Part shown: positions 49,979 to 62,364 of the stretch, in pieces
How positions within the stretch are numbered: the stretch's first letter is position 1
Layout: each line of letters starts with the position of its first letter
Origin: Sphaerodactylus townsendi
Taxonomy: Eukaryota
Assembly (NCBI RefSeq): GCF_021028975.2
Contig: NC_059439.1
Location: forward strand, 22,816,001 to 22,880,000
DNA length: 64,000 nt
Reading direction: 5' to 3'
Made by a program: the position numbers and the translations under genes
Notes under the pieces: model-generated
What the model saw: the letters and a program-made list of their open reading frames with translations, nothing else
The model's database searches: none
Told to the model about the DNA's origin: nothing

Positions 49979-51698
49979 TGAGAAGCAAGCCTTTATTGGC
50001 ATAGACAACAGTACAACAACAATAAAAAAATGGATTTAAAAGCCTATACAATACAGGAAATACATGTTAGGTCGAAGGAAATCTACTGGCATTTAGAAAT
50101 TTCCAGTCTGCCACTATCATACAGAGAGAAGGATCAGGGTTGTCCAACAAGTAGTGTAATCTAATTAAATTGGGGAGAGCGGGTAAATGTAAAGGAGTAA
50201 GATTCACATACTTGGATCTGATTTCCTTGAATCTGAGACAGTGAAGTAATTGGTGGGCCAGAGATTCAACTGAGCCATCATTACATGGGCATAATCTTTT
50301 AGCCTTTTCTTGCTTAATATCCGTCTCATCCAGCACACTCTCTTTTTGAACTGTTACCATCCGGCAGACGATACAGGTCTATCAAAACTAGGACAAAGAG
50401 GCTTAGAGACAGCTTCTACTCTAGAGCTGTGGCTATGCTAAACTCCGCGGCTTCGTGTTGATGTGTTTGAGGCTGTGTAGGGATGGGTGGAGGAAGGGGA
50501 AAGTGAGGATGGGGTATGAGTCTGAAATTGTGTGCATCGAGGAATGCTGCTGTAAATTTCATTGTGTGTGCACAATGACAATAAATAATTATGCTTATGC
50601 TTATTAAATCTGTCATGTAATAGGGCAGAAGGCATAACATTAAACCTGGCGAGCATTATGGCTCTCCTTTGAACAGGGTTTATTGAGCAATACAGGTAGT
50701 GTGCCATGTGGCCCCATTCAAATGGGAAAGAAAAATACAGGGGGGAGCACATTTTCTTGGCTGTGGTGATTTGGGTAGAGAACTCTCTATCCAATAGTTG
50801 ACCTTTTAATTTCCTATCAGCTTCTGAATAGGACAAAGGGCAAAGTGAATCCATTGACAGTCCAATAGAGGCAATTTTTTCTTCAATTATGTAAAACCAG
50901 GGGTTGGAATGGGTGTCAGAGAGCAGACGGTGGACCAGGGAATTACAGTCTGAGAGAAAATGAATTCGCAGCCAGAATCTAAAAGTCCTCACCCAAGCGG
51001 CTGATTCCAAGGAGTTTTGACCTAGCTCCAGACAAAGGGCTGCATAGGGCATGCAATTTGGGAGTCCAGTTATCTTGTGAAAAAAATTGGATTGAAGAGA
51101 ATTCAAGGCGTGGTTAATAGCTTGAATCTAAATTGGGACTCCGTAAAGCAATCTCGAGGCAATTTGGGCATTGAAAAATTTGAGGGCAGGAGGGATAAAG
51201 GAGTGGCCACTGCTGCAAAAGAAACGTAGTAATGCTGACATACTGTTAGATGTAGCTAGGAGAGCGGCCTTCCTCTGGGTTGCCCATGAGAGGTTAAAGG
51301 AGAATGAGAGGCCAAGGTATTTATAGCACTTAACCTGTTCAATTTGGGCGCTGTTCATTGCCCATGTGAGCTTCTTAAAGCACCTAGAGAAGACCAATAA
51401 CTTGGTTTTTTCATAATTAATTGTCAGTCTGTTGGATTCACAGTAATCCACAGAGTGCTTCATTAAGCGTCTGAGGCCAACTCTGGATCGAGAGAGATGG
51501 ACAGTGTCATCTGCATAGACCAGAATTGATACATGGGATGTACCCAGTTTTGGGGCATGGCTGTTCACTGCTGAGAGAGCAGAGGGGAGGTCACTTAAGA
51601 AATGATTGAAAAGAGTGGGGGCCAGGACGCAGCCCTGTTTGACCCCTTTGGAAATTGGAATACTGTCTGTCAAAAGGCCTAATGCTGTCTGTCAAAAG
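49979..51698 (-). mobile_element. 5'-truncated RTE-X-like LINE (RT C-terminal half)
   Basis: GVKQGCVLAPTLFN, YADD, YKYLG and a C-terminal Cys/His motif. 11-bp TSD GTTACTAAGCT at 49968-49978 and 51699-51709. Confidence 0.85.
50318..50603 (+). mobile_element. Rex1/Babar-like LINE 3' end nested in the RTE-X-like LINE
   Basis: Close match to the reverse complement of about 29550-29830, with an (ATGCTT)n tail. Confidence 0.85.
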
Positions 51699-52887
51699 GT
51701 TACTAAGCTGATATATTAGGGCCACCATATCTCAAGATAAACAGCTTATTACACTAAACAGCTAATTATATCTCAAAAGAAAAATAATCTAATTGAGATA
51801 CCTCTAACTTTAGTGGCATTGACTCTGAGATGGTCCCAGCAAGGAATCCCTACTTGCAATGAATGCTATGCCTCTAATAGTGCGAAGTTGTCATCTTTGG
51901 ATTGGGAAATTCCTGTAGATTTGAATGTGAAGACTGGGGAAGTTAGAGTTTGGGAACAGAAAGTTGCTTGTCACAGTGTAATACCATAGAGTCCACCCTC
52001 ACAAACAACCATTTTCTGCAGGGGAATTGATCTCTGTTGTCTTGTTTCCTGAAATTAAAGAAGTCTTTCCCATTTTAGGTCAGAGTACTAGCAGGGACAA
52101 ACCTTATCATGTGAGACTATGGGCGATGAGATCTTTCCCACCAATTTACACAGGGATTTTTTCCTGTAGATTTTGGAGAAGGTTTAACAATTTTATTGTT
52201 AAATCAAAAATCAAAAAGTACATGCACCATTTTTTTGAGAAAATACAGACAAATTAACACCACAGATTCAAGGAATCTAGGATTTATATAGAAATGAAGG
52301 ATAGGTCTGTAATAACAGAGATTGTTGTGAGAACAGTGATATTTACCTGGTCTAGAAGAAGAATGCTATTAAAAAGGGTCACCTAGAGTAGCTTCATAAG
52401 AGCGGAGGCAGATTTGATCATACATTAAACTCTGAAATTTCAGTTACTGGGTTTCTAGTGATACATATATATGCCATTTTTAAATAATTCGGGAGTGGGG
52501 TGGCAATTTCACATGGTTCCAAACTCTGGATTATATCAAGCCAGATTTTTCTCTCCTCACACACTTCCCATGGTAACTTCTGCCTCATCTTACATGGGTT
52601 TTGCCCTTGCAGATCCCATAATCCCCATATTGTCTTTGTGGGTCATCAAATGGAACTCTCCCTTTTTCACAGCGGAAAAGTTGGTTGGATCCCACTTTGC
52701 AACAATAAAAAAACTCATATATTCATTGCATGAACTCTTCCAATATAGCATCACAGATTTACCCATTTGCATTCTTTTATCATGCTTTCTTTAAAATACT
52801 ATTATTACAACCATTTTTTTTGTGAAATCTGTAGATATGTTTGTATCTTGGATTCTTCAGAAACTCTTCCTACCTTTATGAAGTTAA

Positions 52888-53017
52888 GGCTCATTCCGCA
52901 CACGCAGAATAATGCACTTTCAAGCTGCTTTCAGGGCTCTTTGAAGCTGTGCGGAATGGCAAAAACAGTTGTGAAAGCAGCTTGAAAGTGCATTATTTTG
53001 CGTGCGCGGAATGAGCC
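52888..53017. mobile_element. short palindromic Harbinger-type MITE
   Basis: TIR GGCTCATTCCGC / GCGGAATGAGCC; TSD TAA. Confidence 0.9.
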
Positions 53018-53156
53018 TAAGTGTATGCAACTGCTTGCATTGACTTAGCATCATTAAAAGGATAAGTGTTTTACTGAAAAAAGATAACATTTTGAACTGA
53101 GTAAAGACCTTTATGTGATATTTCACTTTCTTGTTTCCACATAGAAAGGGGGACAA

Positions 53157-54098
53157 ATGGCATACCGAAATCAAGAAGAACATAACGAAACGAGAGTGAC
53201 AGAATTCATTCTTCTTGGATTCCCTGGGTCTCCACGTGCTCAAATGTTAATCTTCATTGTCTTTTTTACCATGTACATCTTGACAGTTTTGGGAAATGCA
53301 TCCATTATCATCCTAGTGACAACTAGCACCCGCCTCCATAGTCCCATGTATTTCTTCCTATGCAATCTCTCTTTTCTGGAGATATGGTACACAACAGCCT
53401 CAGTCCCCAAGATCCTTGCCATCTTTATGGGTAGGAGCAGAACCATTTCTTTTGCTGGCTGTTTACTCCAAATGTATTTCATTTTTTCCTTTGGATGTGC
53501 CGAACACATCCTGCTTGCTGTCATGGCTTATGACCGGTATTTGGCCATATGTTACCCATTGCACTACCACACTATTATGGATATGAGGCTCTCTGGCAAG
53601 CTGGCAGGTGGTGCTTGGCTGGGTGGATTCGTAGTTGTTATTTTTCCATCCTACCTAATTACAGGGTTGTCTTTCTGTGGGTCCAATGTGATCAACAACT
53701 TCTTTTGTAACATTGATAACTGGATAGTTCTCTCCTGCACTAACACATCTTTTCTTGAGAAGACAGTTTTTATCACAGCCACATTTGTCATCATAGGCTC
53801 ATGTGTGGTAACCCTCCTTTCATACATGTTTATTATTTCTACCATCATACGCATCCCCTCTAGAGAAGGACGGAAGAAGGCTTTTTCCACGTGCTCCTCC
53901 CATTTTGCTGTTGTGATCATTTGGTACGGTTCCACCGTCTTTCTTTTTGTCAAGCCTTCTAAACAAACAGCTTTAGAAGTGACCAAAATTGTCAGCATCT
54001 TCAACCTCATTGTGGTTCCAGTAATGAATCCTTTCATCTACACACTGAGAAACAAAGATGTGAGGGATGTGTTGAGAAATAAATTCCATAGGACATAA
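53157..54098 (+). CDS. olfactory receptor, OR6F1-like, intact 313 aa
   Basis: Motifs [53 protein letters not shown]. Acceptor CACATAG at 53144. Confidence 0.96.
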   Translation: MAYRNQEEHNETRVTEFILLGFPGSPRAQMLIFIVFFTMYILTVLGNASIIILVTTSTRLHSPMYFFLCNLSFLEIWYTTASVPKILAIFMGRSRTISFAGCLLQMYFIFSFGCAEHILLAVMAYDRYLAICYPLHYHTIMDMRLSGKLAGGAWLGGFVVVIFPSYLITGLSFCGSNVINNFFCNIDNWIVLSCTNTSFLEKTVFITATFVIIGSCVVTLLSYMFIISTIIRIPSREGRKKAFSTCSSHFAVVIIWYGSTVFLFVKPSKQTALEVTKIVSIFNLIVVPVMNPFIYTLRNKDVRDVLRNKFHRT

Positions 54099-54287
54099 AC
54101 TAGAACAGAGATCATTAATGGGTCCAATCATGTTCAAATCTAGATATGTGTGTGTATGTGAGCATGTGTGCTTATAAATGAAGCTGGCAAAAACAGTGAG
54201 TGCATGAAAATACCTACCTACATTCCAAAACTTCACACTATTCCTTACAATCTAATGAGAACTTAATCAGTCCCAGTCTTAATCCCG

Positions 54288-54906
54288 GTCACCGCATCTC
54301 AAAAAGGATATTGAGGAGATAGAAAAAGTGCAGAGAAGGGCAACAAGGATGATTGAGGGACTGGAGCACCTTCCCTATGAGGAGAGGCTGCAGCGTTTGG
54401 GACTCTTTAGTTTGGAGAGGAGGCGGCTGAGGGGGGATATGATTGAAGTCTACAAAATTATGCATGGGGTAGAAAATGTTGACAGAGAGAAATTTTTCTC
54501 TCTTTCTCACAATACTAGAACCAGGGGGCATACATTGAAAATGCTGGGGGGAAGAATTAGGACTAATAAAAGGAAACACTTCTTCACGCAACGTGTGATT
54601 GGTGTTTGGAATATGCTGCCACAGGAGGTGGTGATGGCCACTAACCTGGATAGCTTTAAAAGGGGCTTGGACAGATTTATGGAGGAGAAGTCGATTTATG
54701 GCTACCAATCTTGATCCTCTTTGATCTGAGATTGCAAATGCCTTAACAGACCAGGTGATCAGGAGCAACAGCCACAGAAGGCCATTGCTTTCACATCCTA
54801 CATGTGAGCTCCCAAAGGCACCTGGTGGGCCACTGCGAGTACCAGAGAGCTGGACTAGATGGACTTTGGTCTGATCCAGCTGGCTTGTTCTTATGTTCTT
54901 ATGTTC
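54288..54906 (+). mobile_element. CR1 LINE 3' fragment
   Basis: VQRRATRMI..LFSLERRRLRGDMIEVYK..FFTQRVI..WN; (TTCTTATG)n tail. Confidence 0.92.
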
Positions 54907-56830
54907 TAATACTAAACTTAGTTAAATCTAAACTATCCCAAATAAAGCTATGTGGGGAATGGGCACATATTTGTTCTCAGTCCCTATGCACTAGCTCATT
55001 CCATACTACTGTTCCATTGAGTTGGAGAATGGAGTAGCACTAAAGGGCAGAGGTACCATGCACACCAACTGCTTTTGTGCACATGAGACAATAGGTGGTC
55101 ACTGGCATACATGAGACATTATGGGGGCAATATACATGGCCTATATGCAACCACCTCATGTAGAGCATCTGTCATCATTAACTTTTTATGAGGGCAGGAA
55201 TAATAATTACCACCTCCAGAGTGAAGACATAGGGCAATGGATATAAGTTAAATTAGGCTTTAATAAGCCTTTATTATAAATAAGGATTTGAAGTGCCTGG
55301 CTGCGATGATTTATGTGGTACAAGTAGAGTGATGTACATGAGGCAAGTGTCTGAGACTGTAAAGGATGAAGAATAAATAGATTTGCACTGAACATCTGAA
55401 TCTTTCTAATTATATTGAGTATCAATCATTCTTTTACTGAAATCAAAGATGAGCACATAATCAGGTAGAATACTGCTAGGAGTCATACATGCAAACAAAG
55501 AGAGCAACATTCCTCCTTTACCCTTGCTTCATCCAGCAGTTGGAGTATCATCATTCTCCTGAAATACTGGAAATGCCAGTTCTTTGAGCCATAATAAACC
55601 ACTCATGGTCTTCTTCTTTTTTTTTTTTTGATCATCAGTAATAGGTCACATGAGGAGAGTTAGTGACATCATACATGGGAAAAAGGAATAATGAAAATCT
55701 GAAATGTGGAAACTTTGAAAACTTTTTTTCTTCAGAAGATGATTAATACTCTGGGGGAAGAATAGCAAAAGCCCCTAAAGTACTAATGAACATGTTAACT
55801 TAGAAATGAAGCCTCAGGAGAACTTGTGCTGTAATAAAGGTTCTTCTTTCAATCTTCTGCATTTTCATTTTAAAAAATCATGTAGGAAGACTTCTGTCCT
55901 GGAGTGGAAGAAAAGAGTTAGTGATTCCATCAGTCCAAAATACTTGAAAACAGAGAGAAGATTGGGAGAGTGGATAACTGGATGGATGGATGTCTGAATG
56001 AGTGAGTGATCATAATACAAGTGATACCATTGGGTTAGGGATGACATATCAACCATTAGCATATTGTGTTCTAGAAAATAAAGGAGCAAAGAGTTAGCAA
56101 GTGACTCAATTGTACCATTTCTTTGCATCTGTGTAGCTTGGGATAGTGTGCACCTTTCATATTTTCATCTATTTGAAGATACTGTTCGGTGTAGCAAGTT
56201 GCTATATGTGTATCATTTACTCAGAAAGTAAATAATTCTCAAGAAAAGAGAGGGAATTAATAAGATGACCAAATGGCATATTTAGATAAAGGGTTGAAAC
56301 AAAATTTGAGAATGACAGATGATAATAGGTCATCACATCAAGATCCACCAAGTGTGATGTAGCACATTGACCTTATATTAAAACTGGTAAAATGATACAA
56401 TAACAGAATTTGGAATTTGGAACTTCACTCTGAACAGCTATCAAGAGGCTGGATAGGCTGGATCCAACCTTTTTTTTTTTTTTTGCTTGTGAGGAAGGAA
56501 GGAAGGAAGGAAGGAAGACACCTTTTGGGCCATCAACAATGCTATTCAGAATCATCTAGCTTTTGGGAAAATAGGGTTCAGCACACCAAACCTTTTGGGT
56601 TAATCTCACTCAACTCTCCTGTTTCTTACAGTCTCCTCTTTATCACAGATTCCAACCTATTTGACTTTTATCAGTGCATGTAAAAAAAAGATGAAGAGAT
56701 TGGATTTACAGGATCACCTCCATAATGCAGAACATGGTGCGGAAACAGAGATAAGTGTAAGAATCCATGACCTTACGTTCTTCAGTACACCTACACATAA
56801 TTTTGAAACTTTGAAAACACTATACTTTTT

Positions 56831-56919
<89 letters not shown>
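56831..56919. repeat. (ATG)n microsatellite
   Basis: Seen directly; paralogous to 62270-62359. Confidence 0.95.
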
Positions 56920-56920
56920 A

Positions 56921-57817
56921 GGCTGTTTTTACATGACACAATTACACTGGGGTTGAACCAGGATCATATATACCTGGGCTTTTTTATCCCAGGGTCTGTC
57001 TACGCATGGCTCCCCTCTTCTGTGCAGGAGCAGAGTTAGGACCTCTGAAAATGCTGGGGTTTGCTCTGCATGAGCCAGACTTCTGTATTTACTTCAGAAG
57101 CATATCTGAGCATGCCCAGTGTCCTGTGTGCTGTTGTTTTTGAGTGGCAGCTGAAAACACCTTTGAGCTTGATGTCCCACATTCTGATTGATTGTTGTTT
57201 TTGAGTTGCAACGTGAATGGATATCAGACAGGGAGATCAGGCGGCTGGATGGGGAAAATAAACTTGGTCTGCTCCTGATTGGTGTTTTTGTGTATCTGCT
57301 GTGGGAATGGAAGAAATTGATCTGCGTTTGTAATGCTTTAAAATAAGATTATACTGTCAGAGGGAGAAAACTAGTGAATAGGTCTGCTAACTGATTTAAA
57401 ATACAGCTTGTACTGAGGAAAATATACCAAGTGATTGTACTGATTGGCTGTTGCTTTTGAGTGGAAGCTGTAAGCTCCTGTGAGCTTATCTAGCATCCTG
57501 CATTCTGACTGGCTGTTGTTTTGAGTGGCAGCTTGAGTGCACATCAGGTGGTGAGATCAGGTGGCTGGGCGGGAAAAATAAATTAGTCCTGCTCCTGATT
57601 GGTTTTTGTATGGTAGCAGCCACAAGCAGGGTCACACCGGGATTTTTTAAAAGAACCTCCAAATTGGCAATGTTTGAATATCCCAGGCTAATGTAAATAT
57701 TGCAGGGCAACACTGAGGCAGACTCTGAGGCAATTTTGGGAGCCATGCAGAATTCCAGACTGCACAAGGACATTTTCTGTGCTCACCCTGAAATATTTTG
57801 ACTGTGCAAAAATGGCT
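56921..57817. mobile_element. Harbinger-type element with repeated CCAAT (ATTGG) units
   Basis: TIR GGCTGTTTTTAC / GCAAAAATGGCT; the paralogous copy keeps the TTA TSD. Confidence 0.7.
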
Positions 57818-58103
57818 TTACAAGGCCAAAAAAAGAAAAGAAAAGAAAATGTCTCTGTTCTAATTCATTTTATACATATCTATGCTGGATCATGAAACAA
57901 TGCTAGAAAATGAAAACATATTACAGCTTCTGAAAGGAAATGGAAAATTAACTCGGTGAACACAGTGGTTTCACTTCATGAAGTGCTCTAAAACTCAGTT
58001 CATGCCAGTAACTATTTCACTCCTGCTCTGTCATTGAAACCCCATGTTCTTTACTTTAACAAATCATTTTTAATCATTTTTTCCTCAGCAGATAAATCAA
58101 GAG

Positions 58104-59045
58104 ATGGAATGGAATATTCAAACAGGAGAAAATGGAACAAGGGTAATGGAATTCATCCTTCTTGGTTTTCCTGGGTCCCCATATTTGCATGTATTCATCT
58201 TCACAATCTTTCTTATCATGTATCTCCTGACAATTTTGGGAAACATGTCCATCATCATTCTAGTAACAACACAATGCTGTCTCCACTCTCCCATGTATTT
58301 CTTCCTTTGCAATCTCTCCTTCCTGGAGATGTGGTACATCACTGCAATAATACCAAAGACTCTTGGAATCATTTCAGGAAGTAGCAGAAGCATCTCTTTA
58401 GCTGGCTGCAGTTTGCAGATGTACTTCACTTTTTCCTTTGGATGCACAGAGTTTTTCCTGCTCACCGTCATGGCTTATGACCGATATTTGGCTATATGTT
58501 TTCCACTGCACTACAGCACCATCATGGACATTAGCCTTTCAAGCAAGTTGGCAGTTGGCTCTTGGCTGTGTGGTTTCCTTATTATTTCTGTAATAGTAAT
58601 TCTCATCTCAAGACTTTCCTTTTGTGGACCCAATGTGATTAACCATTTCTTTTGCAGCATTGATTCCTGGATAATTCTGTCTTGCACTGACACCTATGCA
58701 GTTGAATTGGCAAGTTTTATTATTTCTGTCTTTGTCATCTTGGGCTCCTTTTTGATAACACTTCTCTCCTACATATTCATAATCGGTACCATTCTACAAA
58801 TGCCATCTGCCAGAGGACGGCAAAAGGCCTTTTCTACGTGCTCCTCTCACCTTGCTGTTGTAGGCATTTGGTATGGATCCACCATCTTTCTTTATGTTAA
58901 GTCATCTAAGGGGACGTCTTTAGAAAGCGTCAAAGTAGTGAACATTCTGAATACAATTGTGACTCCTCTACTGAATCCTTTTATCTACACATTGAGGAAC
59001 AAAAAGGTTAAGGAGGCTGTGAAAAGTTTGTTGCACAAGGCATGA
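58104..59045 (+). CDS. olfactory receptor, OR6F1-like, intact 313 aa
   Basis: Motifs [41 protein letters not shown]. Confidence 0.96.
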   Translation: MEWNIQTGENGTRVMEFILLGFPGSPYLHVFIFTIFLIMYLLTILGNMSIIILVTTQCCLHSPMYFFLCNLSFLEMWYITAIIPKTLGIISGSSRSISLAGCSLQMYFTFSFGCTEFFLLTVMAYDRYLAICFPLHYSTIMDISLSSKLAVGSWLCGFLIISVIVILISRLSFCGPNVINHFFCSIDSWIILSCTDTYAVELASFIISVFVILGSFLITLLSYIFIIGTILQMPSARGRQKAFSTCSSHLAVVGIWYGSTIFLYVKSSKGTSLESVKVVNILNTIVTPLLNPFIYTLRNKKVKEAVKSLLHKA

Positions 59046-59544
59046 GGCAGAGCATGTTGTACGCCCTGCATGAGGATAAAACATGCTTTAAAATCTATGG
59101 GAAGTGTGTGGCATTAGGATGGAGAAATGTTTTGAAGAGTGCTGAAAGTATGTTGAAAGAATCCTCATTTCAAAAACATGCAAAACAATGCAGAAAAATG
59201 TAAAAGTCAGGGTTGGATGAAGATTAATAAAACATGAAGACAGAGAAAGCCTAATTACAATTACAGACATTTGCTCAGAAATATAGAATATATATAAAAC
59301 CAGGCTCTATTCCAAGTTCAGACAGTATCATATAGGATTAGGGCCTGGAAGACCCTGAATGTCCCTTCAGCCATGCAACTCACTGAATGACAAAGTCATT
59401 CTATCTCAGCCTACCTGCCTCAAAAGATTAGTTTGAGGACAGAATGGAGAACAAAGAAATGGAAACACATCAATGGTGCATAATTTTTCACCAACTGTGG
59501 TTGTTGTGCCAGCTGCATTATTGTCTTGAAAAATTACATGGGAT

Positions 59545-59982
59545 TATCTCTCAGAAACCTAGCCCTGCTATATACCTGCAACAACTTATTAATTACAATT
59601 GCAGATGGGTCGTGACTAGAGCACGGTGTAACTCTTTTCCATCAGTACATCTTCAAGGTCGCTTCTCTGGTATTCCACAAAATGAGCGTCGCTGTCGATT
59701 TTGTCCTGATACAACCGATACACTTTCTCATATTCTGCTTCATTGTCCAAAGTACAACAACGTCAGAACCGATTTGAGAACTGTGTTACCAACAGGATTT
59801 ATGCTCCTTTCTGATAAAACAAAAATGGCCAAGCTTCTAAATAGCTCTAGTGTTGAAATCTCTGAAGCTGTTGCTATGTTTTTGCTCTGTGTACTGCAAG
59901 TTGAGCAATAATGATCTTTTTATTGTTTTTGAAATTCTTGGCACTGGTTTTATGCCTAATAAAGGTTTTGGATTTGGATTTG
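59545..59982 (+). mobile_element. RTE-X-like LINE 3' fragment
   Basis: RARCNSFPS..GRF..CRFC..TLSHILLHCP, with an AATAAAGG(TTTGGA)n tail. Confidence 0.75.
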
Positions 59983-62268
59983 GAATGACATTTAGGATAG
60001 AGCATTGCAACCAGTCCCCACTCCCATTTCCCTCAGCATTTTCCCTCACTGACCAGCTCAGGCATGGTGGGGAGGTTTCTTGTTGGAGTAGTGGACCCTG
60101 CATCCCTATGAAGAGATCAAGGAGGCAAGTTAGACTAACAATTCTGGTACTCATGACAGAAGTGGAATATGGTGCATGCCGCAAAGGGCTCGGGGTGCAT
60201 GCTGCAAAGGCCTCTGCAGGTGAGCCTGACCCCCCAGCAGTGTGGGGGCCATGAAGAATGGGGCAGACCCCCCATGGCCCAGTACCTCTGTCTTCCCCAA
60301 TAAGAATTGGGTTGAAGCCAGGATCAGCCAGGGATGCTGACTGGCAGATAAGATGCGCTCCTCTTGCTTGACCAGCTTCAGTATAATAATTATAGTAATA
60401 ATAAAGGGCTGCATGCAGCCCATTTTCAATCCAAACCATGTCTGTTGTTATTACAAGGACACCTCTGCACATCTGGCCGCAATAAGCAGTAATAAACCTA
60501 ACATTATAAACAGCAAACATCAATAACTGTAACAGCATATTAAGGGGCCACAATAACATGATCAACAACTAAGTAATAAAATATAATGGCATAATAATAT
60601 GTTACTAAGCTCTTTGGAAAAATGGGGTAATTCAGTAAAATAAGTGTATTAATTCATAATTGGAATTCTAGTGGGGTAGCCATGTCAGTTTGTTGCAGCA
60701 GAAACAAATAGAACCATTTGTACACTACAATCTCCTTTCTCAGAACCCAGAAAATCCCCAAGAACTATCCCAACATCACCAAGCAGTCATGTACTCGAGT
60801 GAGGAAACAAACCTGGTTCACCGGAGTAGAGTCTGCCACTCGTGGAGAAGCATGGAATCAAACCCAGTTCTTCAGAATACAGCCCATCATTCTTAACCAC
60901 TACACCGAGCGGGATCCAAGAACCAAACTTAAGTGCCATACAGCATCTAAGGTAAAACTTTATTTACAGGAGGAAAATAGAACAGAATGCAATGTATTAT
61001 GGGATTTTTTTTGAAAAAAAAATGGTCCGGTTGCATATTGCTAAAATTGCATGGTTTTCTCTTTTTTTTCGATCATCGATACTAATAGGTAACATGAGGT
61101 AAGTTAGTAACATCATGCATTTTGGAAAAAGGAAAATCTGAAATATGGAAACGTTGAAAACTTTTTTTCTTCAGAAGATGATTGATTCTCTGGGGGATGA
61201 ATAGCAAAAGCCCCTGAAGTACTAATGAACATGTTAACTTAGAAGTGAAGTCTCAAGAGAACCTCTACTGTAATAAAGGTTCTTCTTTCAATCTTCTGCA
61301 TCTCCATTCAAAAGAAACATGTAGGAGGACTTCTGTCCTGGAGTGGAAGAAAAGAGATAGTGATTCCATCAGTCCAAAATACTTGAAAACAGAAGGAAGA
61401 TTGGGAGAGTGGATGACTGGATGGATGAATGTCTGAATGAGTGAGTGATCACAACCAAAGTGATACCATTGGGTTAGGATTGACATATCAATCACTGGCA
61501 TTTTGTGTTCTAGAAAATAAAGGAGCAAAGAGTTGGTAAGTGACTCAATTTTACCTTTTCTTTGTACCTGTGTAGCTTGGGATCGTGTGCACCTTTCATA
61601 TTTTCATCCATTAGAAGATACTGCTTTGTGTAGCTTATTGCTATATCCTCTGAATATTTACTCAGAAAGTCAATGATTCTTGAGAAAAGAAAGGGAATTA
61701 ATAAGATGACCAAATGACATATTTAGATGGATAAAGGTTTGAAATAAAATTTGAGAATGACAGATGATAATAGGTGTTCACATCAAAATCCACCAGGTGG
61801 AATGTCACACTTTGGCTTTATATTAAAACTGGTAAGATGATTCAATAATAGAATTTGAAATTTGGAACTTCACTCTGAACAGCTATCAAGAGGATGAATG
61901 GGCTGGATCCAACCTTTTTCTTTTTGCTTGTGAGGAAGTAAGGAAGGAAGAAAGGAAGACACCCTTTGGGTCATCCACAATGCCATTCAGAATCATCTAG
62001 CTTTGGGGAAAATAGGGTTGGACACACCAAACATTTTTGGTCAATCTCACTCAACTCTCCTGTTCCTTACAATCTACTCTTCATCACAGCTTCCAGCCTA
62101 ATTAACTTTTAACAGTGCATGTAGAAAAAAAGTAGAAGAAGAGTTTGGATTTACCATCACCTCAATAATGCAGAACATGGTGTGGAAACAGAGATAAGTG
62201 TTAGAATCCATGACCTTACATTCTTCTCTACACCCACACATAATTTTGAAACTTTGAAAACACTATAC

Positions 62269-62269
<1 letters not shown>

Positions 62270-62359
<90 letters not shown>
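62270..62359. repeat. (ATG)n microsatellite
   Basis: Seen directly. Confidence 0.95.
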
Positions 62360-62362
<3 letters not shown>

Positions 62363-62364
62363 TA

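Larger units (their letters stand above)
55600..58355 (+). repeat. tandem segmental duplication, copy B (pairs with 61050-64000)
   Basis: Upstream block, (ATG)n, Harbinger element and OR 5' half are all collinear; the OR start codons are 5645 bp apart. Confidence 0.92.

Noticed and set aside
56714-56941. Poly-His ORF (and the poly-Met ORF at 62271)
   Set aside because: These are translations of (ATG)n microsatellites.
53240-58693. Antisense ORFs over OR and V2R coding sequence
   Set aside because: These are typical shadow frames of hydrophobic coding sequence.
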